Shown here: in pieces, positions 45,787-56,341 of the stretch
How positions within the stretch are numbered: position 1 is the stretch's first letter
Layout: each line of letters starts with the position of its first letter
DNA from: Fibrobacter sp.
GTDB lineage: Bacteria > Fibrobacterota > Fibrobacteria > Fibrobacterales > Fibrobacteraceae
NCBI RefSeq assembly: GCF_017642335.1
Contig: NZ_JAGCPF010000038.1
Strand: one strand, 5' to 3'
DNA: 64,000 nucleotides
Translations under genes and position numbers: made by a program
Notes under the pieces: model-generated
The model's database searches: none
Told to the model about the DNA's origin: nothing
Seen by the model: only the letters and a program-made list of their open reading frames with translations

Positions 45787-46890
45787 ATGGACAAGCCTCT
45801 CATCATAGCGTTCTATCTCCCTCAATACCACCCCATTCCCGAGAACGATGAATGGTGGGGCAAAGGCTTTACTGAATGGACAAACGTTGGCAAGGCAAAG
45901 CCTCTTTTCAGAGGCCATTATCAGCCTAAGGTCCCTGCCGATTTAGGATATTATGATTTAAGGATTCCGGAAATACGCGAAAAACAAGTTGAACTTGCTC
46001 GTGAATCTGGTGTAAATGGCTTTTGTTATTGGCACTACTGGTTTGGCAATGGAAAAGAATTACTTGAACGGCCCTTTAAAGACGTCGTAGAATCTGGCAA
46101 ACCGAATTTCCCATTCTGTCTAGGGTGGGCTAACGAAAACTGGCAGGCAAAATTATGGAACGCAGATTGCAGTTCCTCGGTCAAAAAGGACCTCATTATT
46201 CAAGAATACCCTGGTACTGAGGATATAAGAAATCATTTTTACAGCCAACTAAAGGCCTTTAAAGATTCCCGCTACATAAGAATCAACAACCGCCCGCTGT
46301 TCTTGATATATTCACCGCTGAAACATCCCCAGTTACAGGATTTTTTTCGTATATGGAATGTTCTTGTCAAAGAAAATAATGTTGCTGAATCATTCTACTT
46401 CGTAGGTTTGGCAAAAGATGATCAAGAAATGGAAAACATAAAAAAAATGGGTTTTGATGCCGTTACAAGTGGTCTGTTAGACAGAATACCATCTGTATAT
46501 ATGAAACGGCCTCTTCTTTATAGAATGATCAAATACATCCTACGTACAAAATTCAATAGACCCATCGTTATCTCATACTCCAAAGCAGCACAACTGTTTA
46601 CTCATCCCGATTTCGACCGCAAAGAATATATAATCCCAACACTCATTCCGAATTGGGATCATTCTCCAAGAAGTGGCGGTAATGCAGTTATTCTCCATAA
46701 TGCTACTCCAGAAGCGTTTCAGAAGCATTGCGAATCCGTGCTGAGCGTTGTAAAAGAAAAAGAAAATAAAATCATCTTCTTAAAATCATGGAACGAATGG
46801 GGTGAAGGAAATTATATGGAACCCGATTTAAAATATGGTAAGGGATATATCCAAGCTCTTGCTAAAGCAATAAAAAAGGTGTTTCCGTGA
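45787..46890 (+). CDS. WbsX-family / GH99-like-domain protein
   Basis: AFYLPQYHPIPENDEWWGKGFTEWTNV, FCYWHYWF, WANENW, SWNEWGEG. Confidence 0.85.
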   Translation: MDKPLIIAFYLPQYHPIPENDEWWGKGFTEWTNVGKAKPLFRGHYQPKVPADLGYYDLRIPEIREKQVELARESGVNGFCYWHYWFGNGKELLERPFKDVVESGKPNFPFCLGWANENWQAKLWNADCSSSVKKDLIIQEYPGTEDIRNHFYSQLKAFKDSRYIRINNRPLFLIYSPLKHPQLQDFFRIWNVLVKENNVAESFYFVGLAKDDQEMENIKKMGFDAVTSGLLDRIPSVYMKRPLLYRMIKYILRTKFNRPIVISYSKAAQLFTHPDFDRKEYIIPTLIPNWDHSPRSGGNAVILHNATPEAFQKHCESVLSVVKEKENKIIFLKSWNEWGEGNYMEPDLKYGKGYIQALAKAIKKVFP

Positions 46891-47774
46891 AAAATTTATA
46901 CATAACCATTTTCACGCCCACCTACAATCGCAGACAATTGATAGAAAGACTCTATCAATCACTTTTGTCACAAACTCAAAAAAATTTTGAGTGGTTGGTG
47001 GTTGATGATGGCAGTACCGATGACACTGAAAACTTTTTCGAGCCACTCTTATCCGAACAGAAACCCTTTCCTATTCGCTATATAAAGCAAAAAAATGGTG
47101 GCAAACACAGAGCAATAAATAACGGCGTAAAAAAGGCATCTGGAGAACTATTTTTCATTGTCGATTCCGACGACTATCTAACTGAAAACGCAATTGAGAA
47201 AATAAATCAATGGATGACAACCCTAGATGGTTCGCATAAGTGGGCAGGAATTGCAGGATTAAGAGGTCAAACAAAGAATAGAGTTCTTGGTCAGTACAAT
47301 TCCTCATCTAAATATATTGATGCAAAAAATAGCGAAAGACGCAAGTACAACTTATTAGGTGATAAAGCTGAAGTCTATTTCACGGACGTTTTAAAGAAAT
47401 ATCCATTCCCAGAAATCTCTGGTGAAAATTTCATCTCTGAAGAAATTGTATGGAATGCTATAGCGCGAGATGGTTATTGTTTAAGATGGTTTAACGAGAT
47501 TATCTATATCTGTGATTACCTTGATGGAGGATTAACAAAAGATAATTCCAAAGATCAAAACAATCCTCAGGGACGACTTCTTTGGGCAAAGGGCCAGCTA
47601 GAGACATTCCCTAATTCATGGAGAGATCGATTTCTCGCCATTGGCATATATCGTCATTCGGTTCGCAATGCGGAATCTTTACGTCAAACGGCAAATAAGC
47701 TAGACGTTTCTTTGTTTCTCGTGATTTTTGCATCCATGCTTTTATCATTATACAGCCATATTTTTTCCAATTAG
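46887..47774 (+). CDS. GT2 glycosyltransferase
   Basis: FTPTYNR, VDDGSTD, NGGKHRA, IVDSDD. Confidence 0.9.
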   Translation: MKNLYITIFTPTYNRRQLIERLYQSLLSQTQKNFEWLVVDDGSTDDTENFFEPLLSEQKPFPIRYIKQKNGGKHRAINNGVKKASGELFFIVDSDDYLTENAIEKINQWMTTLDGSHKWAGIAGLRGQTKNRVLGQYNSSSKYIDAKNSERRKYNLLGDKAEVYFTDVLKKYPFPEISGENFISEEIVWNAIARDGYCLRWFNEIIYICDYLDGGLTKDNSKDQNNPQGRLLWAKGQLETFPNSWRDRFLAIGIYRHSVRNAESLRQTANKLDVSLFLVIFASMLLSLYSHIFSN

Positions 47775-47782
47775 ATGTATAT

Positions 47783-48559
47783 ATGATTCCTAATGTTATA
47801 CATTATTGCTGGTTTAGTGAAGATCCTTATCCGCCTAAAATTGCGGAATGCATTGCTAGTTGGGAGAAATACATGCCGGGCTATCAAATCAAAAGATGGT
47901 CAGCAAAGAATTTTGACATTGATTCTGTAAAATTGGTTCGAGAGGCGTATGACGCAAAAAAATGGGCTTTTGCAACCGATTACATACGTTTGTACGCATT
48001 ATGCAATGAAGGTGGAATCTATTTAGATTCCGATGTTCTCTTGCATCAAAATGTTGAATCTTTTTTGAAATCTGATTATGTTTCCGCAATCGAATTTCAT
48101 CCTATCGACAAAAAAGCATACAAGCAAAGCATTACCCCAAATTTTAAGCGAAATGAATCCGTAAGTTGTGTAGACGGAGTTGGCCTACAAGCTGCATTTA
48201 TGGCAAGTATCCCACATCATCCGTTTGTTGAAAAATGTCTAGCACAATACGAAAATATATCACTCAATCAAATTTTAGAAAGAAGCCTTTTAGCCCCAAC
48301 AATGCAAGCTCTCGCGGCAGAACCGTTCGGTTTTTTGTATAAAAATGAAGAGCAGCATTTGAGCCATTCAATAACATTATACCCAACATCCATTATCGGC
48401 CAAAATGCATATGAAACAAAAGGTAGGATTGCGACGCATCTTTGTGCCGGAAGTTGGGAAAATAGCCCTTTAAAACATAAAATCATTGATTTGTTGAATA
48501 ACCGCTGGCATGTTCTGCCTTATTTATATAAAATTTTGCCTATCAGCAAAAAGAAATAA
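47783..48559 (+). CDS. GT32-like DxD glycosyltransferase (capsular polysaccharide synthesis)
   Basis: IPNVIHYCWF, ATDYIRLYAL, GGIYLDSD. Confidence 0.85.
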   Translation: MIPNVIHYCWFSEDPYPPKIAECIASWEKYMPGYQIKRWSAKNFDIDSVKLVREAYDAKKWAFATDYIRLYALCNEGGIYLDSDVLLHQNVESFLKSDYVSAIEFHPIDKKAYKQSITPNFKRNESVSCVDGVGLQAAFMASIPHHPFVEKCLAQYENISLNQILERSLLAPTMQALAAEPFGFLYKNEEQHLSHSITLYPTSIIGQNAYETKGRIATHLCAGSWENSPLKHKIIDLLNNRWHVLPYLYKILPISKKK

Positions 48560-48577
48560 GAAGTCAACGTATTCAAT

Positions 48578-49576
48578 CTACATCGTCTTTATTTGAAAAA
48601 CTTTTTCACGCAATGGTTTTATTTTTAACAACACTAATGAAATCATCAACACAATGGCTGTTCGCGTTGGAATTTGAAAAAGAGTAAAATATTCGGAAGG
48701 AATCACAAAATATTTCGCTATAGCATTCCAGTTGCAGAAATTAATTTCTATCGCATGAACGCAATAAATGACCAAACAAACTCTTCCCAAAAAAGAAATC
48801 GCATTCAAGAATCGCCTGTCTTTGATGGAAAATCGCTTAACTGCTAAATAGAGGACAAAGAACACTCCATAAGCGCCTAATGTACCGGAAATACATTCTG
48901 TTGAAAACCAACAGCAGACCATGCTGAGTCCACCTTGACTACTGCAATAAATCCATAGAAATATTAGAATTGGAAGTATTCTCTTTATTTTGGTTGAATT
49001 GAGTAAATCAAAGAAATTCGTCATAAAACCAATATAAATAAACCCAGCAGCAAAGAACCCCTGTGGAATACAATAAGGGACAAAGACATATTTATGCAAT
49101 AGCATTCCTAAAAACACAAAGAAGGCAACTAAGGTACATTGTATTTTTGTCGATTTCACATTATTAATCAGTAACAAAACCAGGTTTCTCCCCCAGAATA
49201 ACGCTGGTAGAAACCAAAGAATCCCAATATCACCAATTAGCCATTCAGGAGAGTGATCTCCTCTAACACAGAGCAGATATTTCGTCATCAATTGTAAAAA
49301 TTCTGAGATGCAGAAAGGGCCTCTTGCAAAACCCATAAATAATTCTACAATACAAATGCAGCAAACCACAAAAAGGTATGGAATAAACAGTTTTTTTGCA
49401 CTTATCTGAATTTCTTCAATTAGGGACCTTTTTTTTAGAAAAAATCCAGTAATGAAAAAGAACAAAGGCATATGGAACGAATCTATAAATGGATGTAAGT
49501 GTCCAATATCGCAGTGACCGATAATAACAAGGATAATTGCCAATCCCTTTAAGATATCAAAGGTTTTATCTCGCAT
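48578..49576 (-). CDS. Acyltransferase family 3
   Basis: FDILKGLAIILVIIGHC, HMPLFFFITG, GILWFL. Confidence 0.85.
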   Translation of the reverse strand: MRDKTFDILKGLAIILVIIGHCDIGHLHPFIDSFHMPLFFFITGFFLKKRSLIEEIQISAKKLFIPYLFVVCCICIVELFMGFARGPFCISEFLQLMTKYLLCVRGDHSPEWLIGDIGILWFLPALFWGRNLVLLLINNVKSTKIQCTLVAFFVFLGMLLHKYVFVPYCIPQGFFAAGFIYIGFMTNFFDLLNSTKIKRILPILIFLWIYCSSQGGLSMVCCWFSTECISGTLGAYGVFFVLYLAVKRFSIKDRRFLNAISFLGRVCLVIYCVHAIEINFCNWNAIAKYFVIPSEYFTLFQIPTRTAIVLMISLVLLKIKPLREKVFQIKTM

Positions 49577-50711
49577 ATAGATTCTCTAATTGACTATAGC
49601 ATATTCTAATATCAAATCGTTTACATTTTATTTGTGGATGTTTGCGGTCAATTGCGGCGCCCAAAAACTCTATTCTTTTACCCCAAGATTTAACTTCATC
49701 AATTGGTAATGGGAATACATTGTCTGTTATCGCTGTCTCCTTTGGCACTGCTGCGCTCACTACGCATGGCAATCCATTATATTGAGCTTCCACCAATGTC
49801 ATAGGGAACGCTTCTCGCTTCGATGGCAGCAAAAGTACATCCATAGCGCAGTAGAAACAGACAATATCTCTTTGAAGTCCGGCGAAAATAACCTTATCAT
49901 CAATGTGTCTTTGTTTTACCAAATTTTGAATTTCTGCTTGTAACGGTCCATTCCCAACGAGCAATAGTTTGCATTTGTCATGCATTCGGGAATATTCAGA
50001 GAATAGGTCAACAATGAATTTATGATTTTTTTCTGGATAGAATCTCCCCACATGTCCCATGACAAAGTCATCCTCTGCGATTCCATACTTTGCGCGGATT
50101 TCTCGACGTGCCGCTTCGTTAAATTTGAACCGTTCCGGGTCGATTGCGTTGGGGAGAATCGTCACCTTGCCTTTCTTTACAGCGCTTCGTCCCCAGCCGT
50201 TGATGGCGGCAGCCTCGCCACAGGCAAGCCAATGGGTAGCAAACATTTTGCAGGGAATGCGGAGTATGGAGCAGAGGAGACTCTTTACAAGGTGGTTCGG
50301 CGGGCTCACCAACCTTGTTTTAGGTCCTTTGACGGGCTCTTGAGCAGTATATGCTTGATGGTGGTGGGCAATTCTTTTTTTGATTCCGGCGAGCATAGCC
50401 AAAAAGCACACGTAGCTGTTCATGAACCAGTCCAAGTGACTATGGACTACATCGTAGCGGCCTTTTCTAAAGATTCGGAACATCGTCCACAGGTGCTTTA
50501 GCGGGTGGTGGACCTTATCGGGAATCTGGATGCAGTTGATTCCGGCCTCGTTGAAACGCTCCAATATTTGCGGATTCGGTTCGTACTGGTACAGCAAATC
50601 AAAATGGATATCGCGCATACGGGAACAGTAGTTCAGAACCACCTGTTCCGAACCGCCGCCTACAATCCCGTGCAGCACCTGACAAACGCGAATTTGTTTT
50701 TTTTGAATCAT
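49566..50711 (-). CDS. Glycosyltransferase family 4 (EpsF-like) with an in-frame REP-derived insert
   Basis: GGSEQVV, HVGRFYPEKNH, EAFPMTLVEAQ. Confidence 0.85.
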   Translation of the reverse strand: MIQKKQIRVCQVLHGIVGGGSEQVVLNYCSRMRDIHFDLLYQYEPNPQILERFNEAGINCIQIPDKVHHPLKHLWTMFRIFRKGRYDVVHSHLDWFMNSYVCFLAMLAGIKKRIAHHHQAYTAQEPVKGPKTRLVSPPNHLVKSLLCSILRIPCKMFATHWLACGEAAAINGWGRSAVKKGKVTILPNAIDPERFKFNEAARREIRAKYGIAEDDFVMGHVGRFYPEKNHKFIVDLFSEYSRMHDKCKLLLVGNGPLQAEIQNLVKQRHIDDKVIFAGLQRDIVCFYCAMDVLLLPSKREAFPMTLVEAQYNGLPCVVSAAVPKETAITDNVFPLPIDEVKSWGKRIEFLGAAIDRKHPQIKCKRFDIRICYSQLENLYAR

Positions 50712-50714
50712 TTA

Positions 50715-52049
50715 TTAGAATTCCACTCCTGAAAGATACCGTTTCAGCAGAAATGCACAAAAATACGGGAACGTGTAGATGTTGTTCTGGAATCCGGCAT
50801 TTCCAGCAGAAAACTTGATACCCGTCGTAATGTCCGGGTATGCATCGCTCTTGACGAGGGTCGACAACGATTTTGCGGTTCCGGCTTTCGCCTTGACTTC
50901 AACCGGCACAAGCGACTTTTTCGTTCGCACAAAAAAGTCCTGCTCCAGCGTAGAGTTCTCTTTCTTATAATAGAAAAGCTCGTACCCTTGCTTGCTCAAA
51001 ATCTCGGCAACAATGTTTTCGTAAAGGGCGCCCTTGTACACATTCATATTCCTATTTGCTCGCAGATCTTCCTGGGATTCATCATCGAGATTCGCGACAA
51101 GGAGCCCCGTGTCCTTGAAATAAATCTTGTACTTCGTTTCTTCGAAGTTCCCCTTCAGCGGGAGTTCCGGCGTATGCAGGCAATGGCAGAGATTGACCAT
51201 GCCGGCATCGTTAAGCCATTCGACACACCCCCAGTAATCCTTGAATTTCGCCCCACTCGCCACCTTGGAAACCTGGAACTTCTTGTTTTCTTTCGCCAAC
51301 TGTACAGGAATGCTGTTGAACACGTTGAGCACTCTGGTCTTGTCTATCCCTTCGACATACTTCTTTATATCTTCTTTGTAATCCGCGATGAGGGCGCGCT
51401 GGAGCGCCAGCGTTCCCTCGAATGTTCCCTTTTCGACAAAAGAACGCACCACTTCGGGCATTCCCCCGAGAAGGCAATAGTCCATGAACAGACCGCCAAA
51501 AACATTCATGTCCGTTTGATTAAACGGTGTTACTGACTGCATATGTGACAGAAGATCATCGACCACATCCGAACCATATCCCATGGCCCACAGGAATTCC
51601 TCGAAATCCATCGACTGCATCTGAAATTCCGACTTGTAGCCAACACTGTTGCTCTCTATGCGCTTGTAGTTGGTTCCCAGCATGGATCCGCTGCAAATCA
51701 CATCGAAGCGACCGTCTATGCAGAACGACTTGAGCGATGTCGCGATTTCAGGATAGTCCTGAATCTCGTCGAAAAGAATAAGGGTTTCTCCAGGTATGAA
51801 CTTCTTTTCGGAATCAATGCGAGAGATATTTCTGATGACATCCTGTACGGTGTAGCCATCTTCGCAGATGGTCTTGTACTTTTTCTCCAGCACAAAGTTT
51901 ATGTTGACAAAATTTTCGTAATTTACTGCGAAATGCTTGATGGACTCCGTCTTCCCTATCTGACGGGCTCCCTTGACAATCAAGGGCTTCCTATCGGCGG
52001 AATGTTTCCATTCTAGCAGGAAATCATCTAGTTTGCGTTTCAGGTACAT
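50715..52049 (-). CDS. AAA_14 / DUF4143 ATP-binding protein
   Basis: GARQIGKT, FDEIQD, EVKAK. Confidence 0.85.
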   Translation of the reverse strand: MYLKRKLDDFLLEWKHSADRKPLIVKGARQIGKTESIKHFAVNYENFVNINFVLEKKYKTICEDGYTVQDVIRNISRIDSEKKFIPGETLILFDEIQDYPEIATSLKSFCIDGRFDVICSGSMLGTNYKRIESNSVGYKSEFQMQSMDFEEFLWAMGYGSDVVDDLLSHMQSVTPFNQTDMNVFGGLFMDYCLLGGMPEVVRSFVEKGTFEGTLALQRALIADYKEDIKKYVEGIDKTRVLNVFNSIPVQLAKENKKFQVSKVASGAKFKDYWGCVEWLNDAGMVNLCHCLHTPELPLKGNFEETKYKIYFKDTGLLVANLDDESQEDLRANRNMNVYKGALYENIVAEILSKQGYELFYYKKENSTLEQDFFVRTKKSLVPVEVKAKAGTAKSLSTLVKSDAYPDITTGIKFSAGNAGFQNNIYTFPYFCAFLLKRYLSGVEF

Positions 52050-52222
52050 GTCCTAAATATACACCTTTTTCTAAAAAATGAGTGAGTTTTCTACAATTTT
52101 TACTAAAAAATGAGGGAGTTCTTGGATTTTTTCACTAAAAGATGATTGTTGATGCGTTTGGTGCGTTTTCGTTGATGTATTTGGCAATGTTTTGTTGATG
52201 CACGCGGCCTGTTTTTTAACTT

Positions 52223-54037
52223 TTGGACATGTCTCTCAAACGTGCCTTAACTTACTCAGTAGTCATCAATTTGTTTTTTCTGGCTTTGTGCCTCATTTTT
52301 GGCGATCTCAAGTTTGGGGCGATTGATGACTATTTTATGGCGGCGAGGCTCACCGGCGCTTTGGGAACGGAATATAATCCTCACTTGATTTTCGTGAACG
52401 CCATCTACGGCTATGCACTGCTGCCGCTGTACCACCTTTTCCCCAAGATTGGGTGGTACTATATAGGCGAGATGTTCTCGGTTTTCCTGTCGTTTACGGT
52501 TATCGGCTACGTTTTGCTGCAGCGTTGCGGCGAGCGGTGGGGGGCGATTCTGGCCGCACTGTTTACGGCGCTTTTTGCGAGCGACTTTTATTTGGTGGTG
52601 CAGTTTACGCAGTGTGCCTCGATACTGAGTGCAGCGGGGATGCTGCTGTTCGCGTATGGAGTGGTTGATTGCCGCGCCCCTAAAGGGGCTCGCAATGACA
52701 AGGTAAATTCTAACGAGGCTCATAGTGACAATGTAATTTCTGACGGGGCTCATAGTGACAATATGAGGCTGGATCTCCAGAATGACAAATTGAAACAACT
52801 TCAGACCATAGTTCCAATTGTTTTTGGAGTTATTTTGATGCTGTGGGGTTCGGTGATGCGGTGGCAGGCGTTCTTGATGGGGATGCCGTTCTTCTGCCTC
52901 GGACTGTTATTTATTCTCAAGCAATGTTGGGCGGCCAAGTGGCACGTAATTGCGGGACTGGTTGTAATGTTTGCAGGTGCGTTTGCAATGCACCACTGGG
53001 ACCAAAACATTTACAAGGCTCCTGAATATCAAGATTACGTCAAGTTCCAGGGGCCACGTGTCACTTTAGGCGATAAAGGTGATTATAACCAAAATGCCGT
53101 TTACGAGGACGCCGAAGAATTAGGCCTTAGCGGGAAAGATCTCCATATGCTTACAGAATGGACCCTATACGACACGGAGGTTTTTTCTGTTGATAGCCTT
53201 AAGCGCTATACGGGAATGATTCGCCCATATTCTAATAGCAATCCAATCCTACTTATTCCGAGAAAACTTTTAGACGCTTTGGGGCATTCACTACATTCTC
53301 CTCTATTTTGGACTTGGTTTATTTTATGCCTTCTTGCTTATATAACCAAATCCAAGAACTTTCTGTATTTGTGGGCATCTTTATTTTTGGTTTTTGCTTT
53401 AATGACTCACTTACTTACCATAGGGCGACTTGTTTATCGGGTAGAAGGCGGTTTTTGGCTCTATGCCGCAGTGCTTGCAATTCCGCTTTTCGGAAAGATT
53501 GAGCGTGAGGTTCCTAAAAAGTTGGTGTATGTTGCCTTGTGTGTTGTCGCAATTGCGAACATTTCCTTATATGCAACTTCCGGTGAAATGGTTCGCGATC
53601 CCAGTGGTGGAAAATTACGTACGTTAGCCATCAAAGACACGACAGATTATCAGCAAGTTTTTGACTTCATCGATAATCAACCCAATAAGATGTTCTTGCT
53701 TTCGATGGACGCTTTTATGCGATTCAGCCACCACCGTAATCCGCCTTACTTGGCAGAACCAATAGGCATTTATCGGAATACGGTATCTTTCGGATATTGG
53801 ACGCCTTATCTGCCCGAAGTCAAGGATGCTCTAAATGTCTTTGGAATAGACAATCCGATGAAAGACGTGGTTAATGATAACGTAATTGTCTTGAATGTTC
53901 CTTATTTGGCTGATTTTTTGCAGCGGCACTACTACGATAGTGTAGCCGTTGATACGCTTAAAGAAATTGGCGAAATGACATTCTTAAAATATAGGCTAGT
54001 CAACGTTGATTCGTTAACACAAGGGGGCGAACAATGA
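52223..54037 (+). CDS. Polytopic membrane protein, candidate GT-C glycosyltransferase
   Basis: About 12 TM helices, IDDY acidic pair in the first external loop, soluble C-terminal domain; context in a glycan locus. Confidence 0.55.
   Translation: MDMSLKRALTYSVVINLFFLALCLIFGDLKFGAIDDYFMAARLTGALGTEYNPHLIFVNAIYGYALLPLYHLFPKIGWYYIGEMFSVFLSFTVIGYVLLQRCGERWGAILAALFTALFASDFYLVVQFTQCASILSAAGMLLFAYGVVDCRAPKGARNDKVNSNEAHSDNVISDGAHSDNMRLDLQNDKLKQLQTIVPIVFGVILMLWGSVMRWQAFLMGMPFFCLGLLFILKQCWAAKWHVIAGLVVMFAGAFAMHHWDQNIYKAPEYQDYVKFQGPRVTLGDKGDYNQNAVYEDAEELGLSGKDLHMLTEWTLYDTEVFSVDSLKRYTGMIRPYSNSNPILLIPRKLLDALGHSLHSPLFWTWFILCLLAYITKSKNFLYLWASLFLVFALMTHLLTIGRLVYRVEGGFWLYAAVLAIPLFGKIEREVPKKLVYVALCVVAIANISLYATSGEMVRDPSGGKLRTLAIKDTTDYQQVFDFIDNQPNKMFLLSMDAFMRFSHHRNPPYLAEPIGIYRNTVSFGYWTPYLPEVKDALNVFGIDNPMKDVVNDNVIVLNVPYLADFLQRHYYDSVAVDTLKEIGEMTFLKYRLVNVDSLTQGGEQ
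52667..52790. repeat. In-frame REP-like element plus degenerate tandem copies inside the CDS
   Basis: gattgccgcgcccctaaaggggctcgcaatgac followed by three further ...tgacaa units about 30 nt apart. Confidence 0.75.
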
Positions 54038-55308
54038 AACGTCTCCTGTATCCGCTGATTGCCTGCGCACTTGTAACAATTGTGCCGTTTTTGCTTACCT
54101 TTGAGAATGGACAGAACATTGTCCGCGGCCTTTTCGGTTACGAATATTTCGCATTGTTGCTACTTATTGTCTTTGTTAAAGAAAGATTGACGAAGGTAGG
54201 ATTGTCATTGCGAGAACTCCTTCGGAGTTCGAAGCAATCTTTACTCCGGTTCGCATTATGGTCTTTCGCATTGTTGCTATGTATACTGGCATTTATTTGG
54301 GTTGCATGGGTTGATTTGCAAAATCTTCTTGCGATAAAAGGTTGGAATACTGGTTGGTATGGCGTTCTCCCGTTTGTAACCAGCGCGCTAGCCATCGCTA
54401 TGGTGTGGCAACTAAAGCCATTCAAATTCAGCGCCATCTGTTTTATTTTGTTCGTTGCCTTGATTCTCCACCTGGAAGCGAATAACCAGTATGCTGCCCA
54501 ACCTTTGGCGCAATTCCCGTCTATTGATTATTTGGAACGAATCGCGCCTCAACCACCCCAGCGTAAGGAAATGTCTGAGGATTTCCGCAAAAAATACACC
54601 GTCACCGATTCCGTGACAATCACACGCGATTATATAGATACAACTTGCAACAACGTCGTTATCCTTGTCGAAAGTTGGGGAGTCCCGCTTGAAATACAGC
54701 GCTTCGAAAAACAACTAAGTGCATTTAATGGCATCAAGACTGTGGCTGGTATCCATAACCGTATGTATAGCCGTACGCGTACAGCCGAGCGAGAAGACCT
54801 GATATATGCAATCCATCGTGATTCTACCGGCCGTGACACAACTTTCTTGCCCAAAGTATTCAACGGTATCGGCTATAAGACTACGTTCTTGTTCGGTGGC
54901 GATAGCTTGGAACATTGGCGGTATAAGTACATCAAAAACATTGGCTTTAGCGATGCTATTTATGGTAAGTTGCTAGACGATGGAAATCGATTAAATGATC
55001 TGCAAATGATTGTGAAAGTTGATAGTATCCTGGCCGATACAGCGCAAAAACATTTTATTACATGGACAACGGCAGATACGAAGTTCCCGATGGCGGAATT
55101 TCCGAATATTTATTACAGCGATGTGAACTCTATTGATTCTGCATATAATGCGAAAATAAATAGCACGCTAGAAAAAGTTGCTGCGCTTGCCCGCAAACAT
55201 CCCGAAACTCGCTTTATAATCCAGGGTGATCACAACCCAATTCTGTCGCCCATTGCATTCCAAGAGAAATTCTATAAACGTTGGGTGCCCTATGTTGTGT
55301 TGAATTAG
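54034..55308 (+). CDS. Membrane-anchored alkaline-phosphatase-superfamily (LTA synthase/sulfatase-like) protein
   Basis: N-terminal TM helices, VVILVESW and QGDHNP metal-site-like motifs. Confidence 0.6.
   Translation: MKRLLYPLIACALVTIVPFLLTFENGQNIVRGLFGYEYFALLLLIVFVKERLTKVGLSLRELLRSSKQSLLRFALWSFALLLCILAFIWVAWVDLQNLLAIKGWNTGWYGVLPFVTSALAIAMVWQLKPFKFSAICFILFVALILHLEANNQYAAQPLAQFPSIDYLERIAPQPPQRKEMSEDFRKKYTVTDSVTITRDYIDTTCNNVVILVESWGVPLEIQRFEKQLSAFNGIKTVAGIHNRMYSRTRTAEREDLIYAIHRDSTGRDTTFLPKVFNGIGYKTTFLFGGDSLEHWRYKYIKNIGFSDAIYGKLLDDGNRLNDLQMIVKVDSILADTAQKHFITWTTADTKFPMAEFPNIYYSDVNSIDSAYNAKINSTLEKVAALARKHPETRFIIQGDHNPILSPIAFQEKFYKRWVPYVVLN
54204..54240. repeat. In-frame REP-like palindrome inside the CDS
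   Basis: gtcattgcgagaactccttcggagttcgaagcaatct. Confidence 0.8.
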
Positions 55309-55462
55309 GATAAGTAATCGTTCAAAAAAAGATTGATATTTTTTTGACCGGAACTTAATTGCGAGGAAATCAGTGCCGTTGCAACGATTAATGCTCTCAT
55401 GATGTCCGGAATCAACTTTTTTTAATTCAATGTTGTACCATTTTTTTTTGTAAACAAAAAAA

Positions 55463-55481
55463 GACCCGCTTTTTGCGGGTC
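55463..55481. terminator. Intrinsic terminator between convergent genes
   Basis: gacccgc-ttttt-gcgggtc flanked by an A run. Confidence 0.7.
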
Positions 55482-55506
55482 CATTGTGAAATCTTGTGTT
55501 AGAAGA

Positions 55507-56013
55507 TTACGGCGTGCCAACGACACCAGACTGGTCAAGCTTGCCAAAGCCCGGAACGAGAACGTCGCAGACACCGGCAGCGCCACCACTTACACCAGCA
55601 TCATAAACGGCACCATTGTTACCAGTTCCGCCTTTGGAGATTTTGAGGTTCCAATACATGGAAGTGGTGCAATCATTCAGGTTAGCCTTAGGAGTGGCTC
55701 TCCAAATTTCATCCGTGTTCGTTGTCAAAGCCAATGTACCGGCCGTATATCCCGTTTTAATAGAGTCATACTGGAACACTTGGTTTGTTGTTTTCATGTT
55801 GTAACCAATCATTCCCCAGCTACCATAGTTGATGCCGGATTCGCTCACGAAGGCGTCCTGCAGCTTGATGTATTCACCAGCGGCCGGGCCGATTTCAGAG
55901 GCCTTGGACTTGGCGATCATACCGAACAGTTTCGGCACTGCGACGGCGGCGAGGATGCCCATGATCACGATCACGACCATCAATTCGATAAGGGTAAAAC
56001 CTTGTTTCTTCAT
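55507..56013 (-). CDS. Type IV pilin (major-type)
   Basis: MKKQG|FTLIELMVVIVIMGILAAVAVPKLFG; C-terminal Cys pair. Confidence 0.9.
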   Translation of the reverse strand: MKKQGFTLIELMVVIVIMGILAAVAVPKLFGMIAKSKASEIGPAAGEYIKLQDAFVSESGINYGSWGMIGYNMKTTNQVFQYDSIKTGYTAGTLALTTNTDEIWRATPKANLNDCTTSMYWNLKISKGGTGNNGAVYDAGVSGGAAGVCDVLVPGFGKLDQSGVVGTP

Positions 56014-56341
56014 AGTGTACTCCTTGTTGTTTGTGACACACTTTTTTGGGCGGAATTGCCCGGTTACATCCATAAATATACCATCTTTTTCCACAAAAGC
56101 AACACTTGTGTCAATTTTTTGTCATGATTGTGTCATAGAACACACCCAAAATGGCAAAAGTGGCATTTTTGTAGACAAAAACAGCGTTCATGGCTGATTT
56201 GATGTTCTATATATAGTAAAAATTTTTTAAAAAAATCTGTTTTTGGCTTATTTTTTTCGACTTTTTTTTATTCCATCTTGGAATATAGGCCCTTTATTGC
56301 TAGTTTTTTTTTACAGAGTCTTTACAACTGCGGGATTGGTT

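Noticed and set aside
56140-56180. Possible sigma-54 promoter (tggcaaaagtggc) between the pilins
   Set aside because: The GG/GC spacing and TTGC element do not fit the -24/-12 consensus
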